The position numbers and the translations under genes are program-made. The notes below the pieces were generated by a model. The model made no database searches. It had not been told where the DNA came from and saw only the letters and a program-made list of their open reading frames with translations. DNA of 57,619 bases from Anaerolineales bacterium. GTDB lineage: Bacteria > Chloroflexota > Anaerolineae > Anaerolineales > E44-bin32. Location: the NCBI GenBank assembly GCA_041624375.1, contig JBFJVD010000001.1:1-57619 (forward strand). Reading direction: 5' to 3'. Positions 53,055 to 57,619 of this stretch are shown here, one piece after another (within the stretch, counting starts at the first letter, position 1; each line of letters starts with the position of its first letter).

Positions 53055-54917
53055 CTAAAGCCCCGCCTTCACCCGCTCAGCGAGGTCGGCGGAGATACCG
53101 GGGACCTTGCGGATTTCCTCGACGCTCGCCTGCCGGATGCTGTCGAGGTCGCCGAAGTGCTGCAGCAGCGCCCGGCGGCGGACCGGGCCGATGCCCTCAA
53201 TCTCATCGAGCTGGGAGGCGATCCCGATCTTCCGGCGCCGCGTTCGGTGGTGCTGGAGCGCAAAACGGTGCGCCTCGTCCCGGACCCGCTGGACGAGATG
53301 CAGTTCGGGTGAACGCGCCGGCAGAAGCACCGGATCAGGGTGGTCCGGCAAGTAGAGTTCCTCATGGCGTTTCGCCAGCCCGACCACCGGAACCTTGCCT
53401 GCCAACCCAAATTGCTCCAGGACGGCTACCGCCCGGCCCAGTTGGCCCTTTCCGCCGTCCACAATGAGCAGGTCGGGGAGCAGCCCAAAAGCCTGATCGA
53501 GCTTGGCGCCTGGCTTGTTCGCTTCGTCGGCCGCCGTCTGCCAGCGGCGGAAGCGGCGCAGCAGCACCTCTTCCATGCTGGCGAAATCGTCCTGGCCTTG
53601 AACCGACTTGACGGTAAACTTGCGGTAGTCGCTCTTGCTCGGCGCCCCCAGTCGAAAGACCACCATCGAGCCGGCCGCGGCCGTACCCTGCGTGTTGGAG
53701 ATGTCGTAGCACTCGATGCGATTCGGGGGCGCAGGGAGTTGGAGTGCCTGCTGCAGGCCGGCGAGAGCCTGCACGTGCCGGCTCCGGTCCGCCTCCCAGC
53801 GAGCACGAAGCATCATCAAGGTTTCCGTCGCATTCTCGCCGGCCATCTTGACCAACTCGCGCTTCGGCCCGCGCCTCGGCACCACCAGGCGCACCTTCTC
53901 CTGGCCCGCTCGGCGCTGGTTGAGCCATTCCCCGATGATGCGGGCCTCCTCGATCTCGGTTGGGAGAAGCACCCGCTGCGGGATGTACGCGGCCTCCGTA
54001 TAGAACTGCTTCAGGAAGGCCTCCAACACCTCGCGGTCTTCCTTTTCATGAGTTCCCTCGAGCACGAAGTACTCTCGCCCGATCAGCTTCCCTGCCCGGA
54101 TGAAGAACACCTGGACGCAGGCATCACTGTCCTGGCGGGCGAAGGCGACCACATCTGAATCGATCTTCTCCTGCGAGATCACCTTCTGACCCTCGACCAC
54201 CTTCTCGATCGCAACCAGCTGATCGCGGATCGCTGCCGCCCGCTCATATTCGAGATCGATGGAGGCCCGTTTCATCTCCTGCCTGAGGCGGTCAACAACC
54301 GGCTCGGTCTTGCCCTCAAGAAAACGGCAAAGGTCCTCAATCATCGTGCGATAAGCCGACTGATCGGCGACGCCGATGCACGGCGCCATGCAAAGCTTGA
54401 TGTCGTAATAGAGGCAGGCGCGGGAATCGAGTCCGGTGATCACCCGATCGCAGGTCAGGTAGGGAAAAATCTTGCGCAGCACGTCGAGGGTCTGATGCAC
54501 GGCCCAGACGCTCGTATACGGCCCGTAGTAGCGGCTGCCGTCGTCGGTCATGCGGCGGGTCACCGTGACCTTCGGAAAGGGATCACTCCAATGAACCTTG
54601 ATGTAGGGATAGCGCTTGTCGTCCTTCAAGCGAACGTTGTACTTCGGGCGGTGGCGCTTGATCAGATTCATCTCGAGAATCAAGGCTTCGAGCTCGGAGC
54701 CGACCACGATCCACTCGATGTCGCGGACACGGGAGACCATTTCGGAGGTCTTTCGACTGTGGCTGGCGGAAGGCTGGAAATAGGACCGCGCCCGGCTGCG
54801 CAGGTTGATGGCCTTGCCTACATAGATCACACGCCCGGCTTTATCCTTCATCAGATAACAGCCGGGCTTGGGGGGAATGCTCTCGAGCAGAGGCCGCAAC
54901 GTGTCTGGCGCCCGCAT
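53055..54917 (-). CDS. uvrC: Excinuclease ABC subunit C
   Basis: Trimmed to ATG 54917. The GIY-YIG domain is GCYLMKDKAGRVIYVGKAINLRSR. It also has a UVR domain, an RNase H-like endonuclease domain and a C-terminal (HhH)2. Confidence 0.95.
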   Translation of the reverse strand: MRAPDTLRPLLESIPPKPGCYLMKDKAGRVIYVGKAINLRSRARSYFQPSASHSRKTSEMVSRVRDIEWIVVGSELEALILEMNLIKRHRPKYNVRLKDDKRYPYIKVHWSDPFPKVTVTRRMTDDGSRYYGPYTSVWAVHQTLDVLRKIFPYLTCDRVITGLDSRACLYYDIKLCMAPCIGVADQSAYRTMIEDLCRFLEGKTEPVVDRLRQEMKRASIDLEYERAAAIRDQLVAIEKVVEGQKVISQEKIDSDVVAFARQDSDACVQVFFIRAGKLIGREYFVLEGTHEKEDREVLEAFLKQFYTEAAYIPQRVLLPTEIEEARIIGEWLNQRRAGQEKVRLVVPRRGPKRELVKMAGENATETLMMLRARWEADRSRHVQALAGLQQALQLPAPPNRIECYDISNTQGTAAAGSMVVFRLGAPSKSDYRKFTVKSVQGQDDFASMEEVLLRRFRRWQTAADEANKPGAKLDQAFGLLPDLLIVDGGKGQLGRAVAVLEQFGLAGKVPVVGLAKRHEELYLPDHPDPVLLPARSPELHLVQRVRDEAHRFALQHHRTRRRKIGIASQLDEIEGIGPVRRRALLQHFGDLDSIRQASVEEIRKVPGISADLAERVKAGL

Positions 54918-54926
54918 GGCAGACGC

Positions 54927-54967
54927 ATTGTAGCATACGTCCTTCAGGCGGCGCCCGATGCTATAAT
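54927..54967. promoter_or_regulatory. Back-to-back -10 boxes: TACAAT (minus, 54932-54927) 9 nt from the uvrC ATG, and TATAAT (plus, 54962-54967) 9 nt from the ATG at 54977
   Basis: Read directly from the sequence. No SD fits in either 9-nt gap, so both mRNAs would be leaderless or nearly so. Confidence 0.5.
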
Positions 54968-54976
54968 CCCGGCGCG

Positions 54977-56254
54977 ATGGCCCCTCTCTTAAGTCGAAAC
55001 TTGCTCCTGTTGGCAATCGGACTCGCGGCGTGCAGCCCGGCGGTCGTGACGCCGGCGCCTTCACCGCCGGCAACACAGCCGCCTGCGGTCGCTTCCCCCA
55101 TCGGCACGCCGGCCAGCCCCACACCGACCATCATCACCCTGCGCCTGTGGGTTGCGCCGCAATTCGCGCCAGACTCCGACGACCCGGCCGGCACCATCTT
55201 CGCCGCGCACCTAGGCGCCTTTGAGGAAGCCAACCCCCTGCTGAGGGTGGATGTGCGGGTGAAGCCAACCGACGGGCCCTCTGGCCTGCTGGAAACGCTG
55301 TCTGCCGCCAGCGCGGCCGCCCCCGCCGCGCTCCCCGATCTGATCAGCCTCGACCCTGTCGGCCTGAACACGGCTGCGTTGAAGGGCCTGATCGCACCGG
55401 TGGGGCTCCTGGCTGCACCGCCTTCTCCGCCGGACTGGTTCGAGTTCGCCGTTGCGGCCGCTGCAATCGGCGAGGAGACCCAGGGGCTGCCCTTCGCAAC
55501 CGATACCATGCTGTTGGCGTATGAGGTGGAGCAGTATGAATCGGCGCCGTCCAGCTGGTCCCTGCTGCTTGAAGGCTCCGGGGCCTTCGCCTTCGCGGCG
55601 GCAGACCCGGACGCCTCCTTCACCCTGGCGCAATATCTGGCGCTTGGGGGCGAACTCACCGATGACGCCGGCCGGCCAGCGCTCGACCCGGCGCTTCTCA
55701 GCGAAGTGCTGGCCTTTTATGCCTCGGCGGACACGGCGGGCGCGCTGAGTCCGCTGGCGCTGCGCTTTTCAGCGAGCGAGGAGACCTGGCAAGCCCTGCA
55801 AGATGGGCAGGTGGCCGCCGCGCCTGCGCGCTACAGCGTATTTGTGGATCGTAGCAGCGCCAATCTGGCGGCGCTGCCAATCCCGACCCGTGATGGGCGC
55901 GGCATGTGCTTCGCGGAAGTATGGTCCTGGGCTGTGGTGACCCAGGATCCGGTACGCCAGGCACTGGTTGCCGACCTGCTCAACTGGCTTCAGCAGCCGG
56001 AATTCCTGGGTCGATGGACGCAGGCGCTTGGCCTCATCCCACCGACGCAAGACGCGCTGCAATCGTGGCCGGCAGGCAGCGACGCAGCGGTCGCCAGCCG
56101 GCTGGCAACGGCCTGCCTTTCGCTACCCTCAGAGGAAGTGCTGGCTACCTTCGGGCCTTCGCTGCGCGAGGCGGTGGAGGCGGTCCTCATGGGCGGCGTG
56201 ACCCCAGAAGCTGCCGCGCTCGCCGCTGCTCAGAAGGTCCAGAACCCGGAATAG
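54977..56254 (+). CDS. Extracellular solute-binding lipoprotein (ABC sugar-type, family 1-like)
   Basis: Lipobox LAIGLAAC, a Pro/Thr linker, then ITLRLWVAPQF...FEEANP, typical of SBP_bac_1. No permease or ATPase lies adjacent. Confidence 0.7.
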   Translation: MAPLLSRNLLLLAIGLAACSPAVVTPAPSPPATQPPAVASPIGTPASPTPTIITLRLWVAPQFAPDSDDPAGTIFAAHLGAFEEANPLLRVDVRVKPTDGPSGLLETLSAASAAAPAALPDLISLDPVGLNTAALKGLIAPVGLLAAPPSPPDWFEFAVAAAAIGEETQGLPFATDTMLLAYEVEQYESAPSSWSLLLEGSGAFAFAAADPDASFTLAQYLALGGELTDDAGRPALDPALLSEVLAFYASADTAGALSPLALRFSASEETWQALQDGQVAAAPARYSVFVDRSSANLAALPIPTRDGRGMCFAEVWSWAVVTQDPVRQALVADLLNWLQQPEFLGRWTQALGLIPPTQDALQSWPAGSDAAVASRLATACLSLPSEEVLATFGPSLREAVEAVLMGGVTPEAAALAAAQKVQNPE

Positions 56255-56349
56255 CTCATCGGCCAGCCGCCTGCCGCACAGTTCACACGGCCGGCTGTCT
56301 GATTGGGGCCAGCGAAGCGTCCGCCGCTGCTGCGTGAGAGCCGCTTTGG

Positions 56350-56378
56350 TTGACCGCCTCCGGGCGGCCTGCTACAAT
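56350..56378 (+). promoter_or_regulatory. Promoter TTGACC-17-TACAAT of the phosphohexomutase gene
   Basis: TTGACC is at 56350-56355 and TACAAT at 56373-56378. The SD AGGA precedes ATG 56411. Confidence 0.6.
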
Positions 56379-56410
56379 GCCGCCGCTCATTCCAACTTGC
56401 GAGGACCCAC

Positions 56411-57619
56411 ATGACGATTCACTTCGGGACCGATGGCTGGCGGGGGGTCATCTCCGATACGTTCACCTTCCATAACCTTCGGCTCGTGGCACAGGCGATC
56501 GCCGATGCGGCCGCCACCGAGGAATGGCTCGAAGGCTCGCCGGGCAGCCCCCGGCCGGATCCCCGGCGTATGGTTGTCGGGTTCGACACCCGCTTCCTCT
56601 CGGATCGCTACGCGCTGGAGGCCGCCAGAGTGCTGGCAGCCAATGGCTATAGCGTGTACCTGACGAGTGCGGATGTGCCGACGCCCTCCGTATCCCACGC
56701 CGTGCGCCACCTGGGCGCGATCGCCGGGGTGATGATTACCGCTTCGCACAACGCACCGCGCTACAACGGAGTCAAATTGAAGGCCGCCTATGGCGGTGCG
56801 GCTCTACCCGAGCAATGCCGCAGTATTGAGGTCTACCTCAACGACAACGAGGCCCGCGGCCGCGGCCCCAACCTGATGGATTATGAGCAGGCGCGCCAGG
56901 CGGGCCTCATCCAGCGCTTCAATCCCACGCCGGCCTACGCCGACCATCTGCGCACTTTAATTAACTTCGACGCCATCGCCGACAACCCGCAGCATGTCGT
57001 GGTCGACTCGATGTTCGGTTCGGGACGGGGTCAGATCAAGAGCTTGCTGCAGGGGACCGGCTGCGAGATCTTCGAGGTTCGGGCTGAGATGAACCCCGGC
57101 TTCGGCGGCATCCATCCCGAACCGATCGGCCGCTATCTCGGCGCACTGGCCGGTGCGATCGCCGCCGGCCACGGGCAATTGGGCATCGCCACGGACGGCG
57201 ACGCCGACCGGGTGGGGGCGATGGATGGGCGGGGGCAATTCGTCGACCCGCACCGCATCCTGGCGCTCGCACTGAAATATCTCGTCGAGACACGCAACTG
57301 GCGCGGCAAGGTGATCAAGACGGTCTCAACCACCCAGATGATCAACCGGCTGGCCGCGAAGTACGGGCTGGAGGTGGTCGAGACGCCGGTGGGCTTCAAT
57401 CACATTGCGGATTGGATCCTGAAGGATGACGTGCTCATTGGCGGAGAGGAATCCGGCGGGATGTACTTCAAGGGTCATATCCCGGAGGGGGATGGGGTGT
57501 TGATGGGCCTGCTGCTCGTGGAAATGGTGGCTGCGTCCGGCGAGCCGCTCGACCAGCTCGTCGCCGAGCTGCTGGCAGAAGCCGGCCCGGCGCATTACGA
57601 ACGCCTCGACTTGCGCCTC
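56411..57619 (+). CDS. Alpha-D-phosphohexomutase (phosphoglucomutase/phosphomannomutase) family, 3'-truncated by the window edge
   Basis: Not in the ORF track because there is no stop. MTIHFGTDGWRG, the active-site TASHNAPRYNGVK, the Mg loop ATDGDADR, and the sugar loop GGEESGG. The frame is open to base 57619. Confidence 0.9.
   Translation, partial: MTIHFGTDGWRGVISDTFTFHNLRLVAQAIADAAATEEWLEGSPGSPRPDPRRMVVGFDTRFLSDRYALEAARVLAANGYSVYLTSADVPTPSVSHAVRHLGAIAGVMITASHNAPRYNGVKLKAAYGGAALPEQCRSIEVYLNDNEARGRGPNLMDYEQARQAGLIQRFNPTPAYADHLRTLINFDAIADNPQHVVVDSMFGSGRGQIKSLLQGTGCEIFEVRAEMNPGFGGIHPEPIGRYLGALAGAIAAGHGQLGIATDGDADRVGAMDGRGQFVDPHRILALALKYLVETRNWRGKVIKTVSTTQMINRLAAKYGLEVVETPVGFNHIADWILKDDVLIGGEESGGMYFKGHIPEGDGVLMGLLLVEMVAASGEPLDQLVAELLAEAGPAHYERLDLRL

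Noticed and set aside
53055-55124. N-terminal extensions implied by the ORF track. Examples: uvrC from 55124, PBP from 33928, ADH from 1672, methyltransferase from 16684, MFS from 47847.
   Set aside because: The extensions are Arg/Pro-rich, overlap neighbouring genes or promoters, and precede internal ATG/GTG codons with good SD or -10 context. Those internal codons also restore family-typical N-termini.
1-57619. CRISPR arrays, transposases or IS ends, integrases, reverse transcriptases, toxin-antitoxin pairs, restriction-modification genes or known defence genes.
   Set aside because: I recognised none on either strand. There are no regularly spaced direct repeats, and the only repeats seen are short terminator-type hairpins and one 14-bp inverted repeat.

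Overview
This is a GC-rich, gene-dense 57.6-kb chromosomal segment. I found no transposase, integrase, reverse transcriptase, phage gene or CRISPR array. All calls come from reading the sequence and ORF translations by eye; no HMM, BLAST or folding program was run.

I call 54 CDS, 3 tRNAs (Met-CAT, Gly-TCC, Pro-TGG), one candidate small RNA, and a set of promoters, operators and terminators. Three CDS are absent from the ORF track: a GrdE-like fragment at the left edge, a phosphohexomutase fragment at the right edge, and a 57-codon membrane ORF.

Several features suggest a Terrabacteria lineage such as Chloroflexota, but this is weak inference:
- LexA with a GAAC-N4-GTTC box
- FHA/PP2C membrane proteins
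- lipoprotein solute-binding proteins
- the histidine-phosphatase/DUF3090/SCO1664 trio
- several -10 boxes 6-9 nt from start codons

Most of the window is ordinary housekeeping: guaA, xpt, lexA, uvrC, rsgA, PBP, maf, rarA, coaE, hom.

The parts I consider worth a second look are:
1. A kinase-less three-gene membrane signalling module at 23065-28320 (vWA-FHA, PP2C, pseudo-PP2C fused to a beta-propeller).
2. An 11-gene mannose-family PTS operon at 1-8833 with unusual partners: two MDR dehydrogenases, a class I aldolase, a DMT carrier and a GrdE-family protein. No Enzyme I is present.
3. The conserved but uncharacterised phosphomutase/DUF3090/PI-kinase-like trio at 36091-38066.
4. A 359-nt leader at 39121-39479 with a perfect LexA-type box and two tandem terminator hairpins, ahead of an efflux/GNAT gene block.
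5. A roughly 220-nt candidate structured RNA at 49205-49425 (minus strand) with its own promoter and terminator.

None of these is proven novel. Each needs database and comparative checks.
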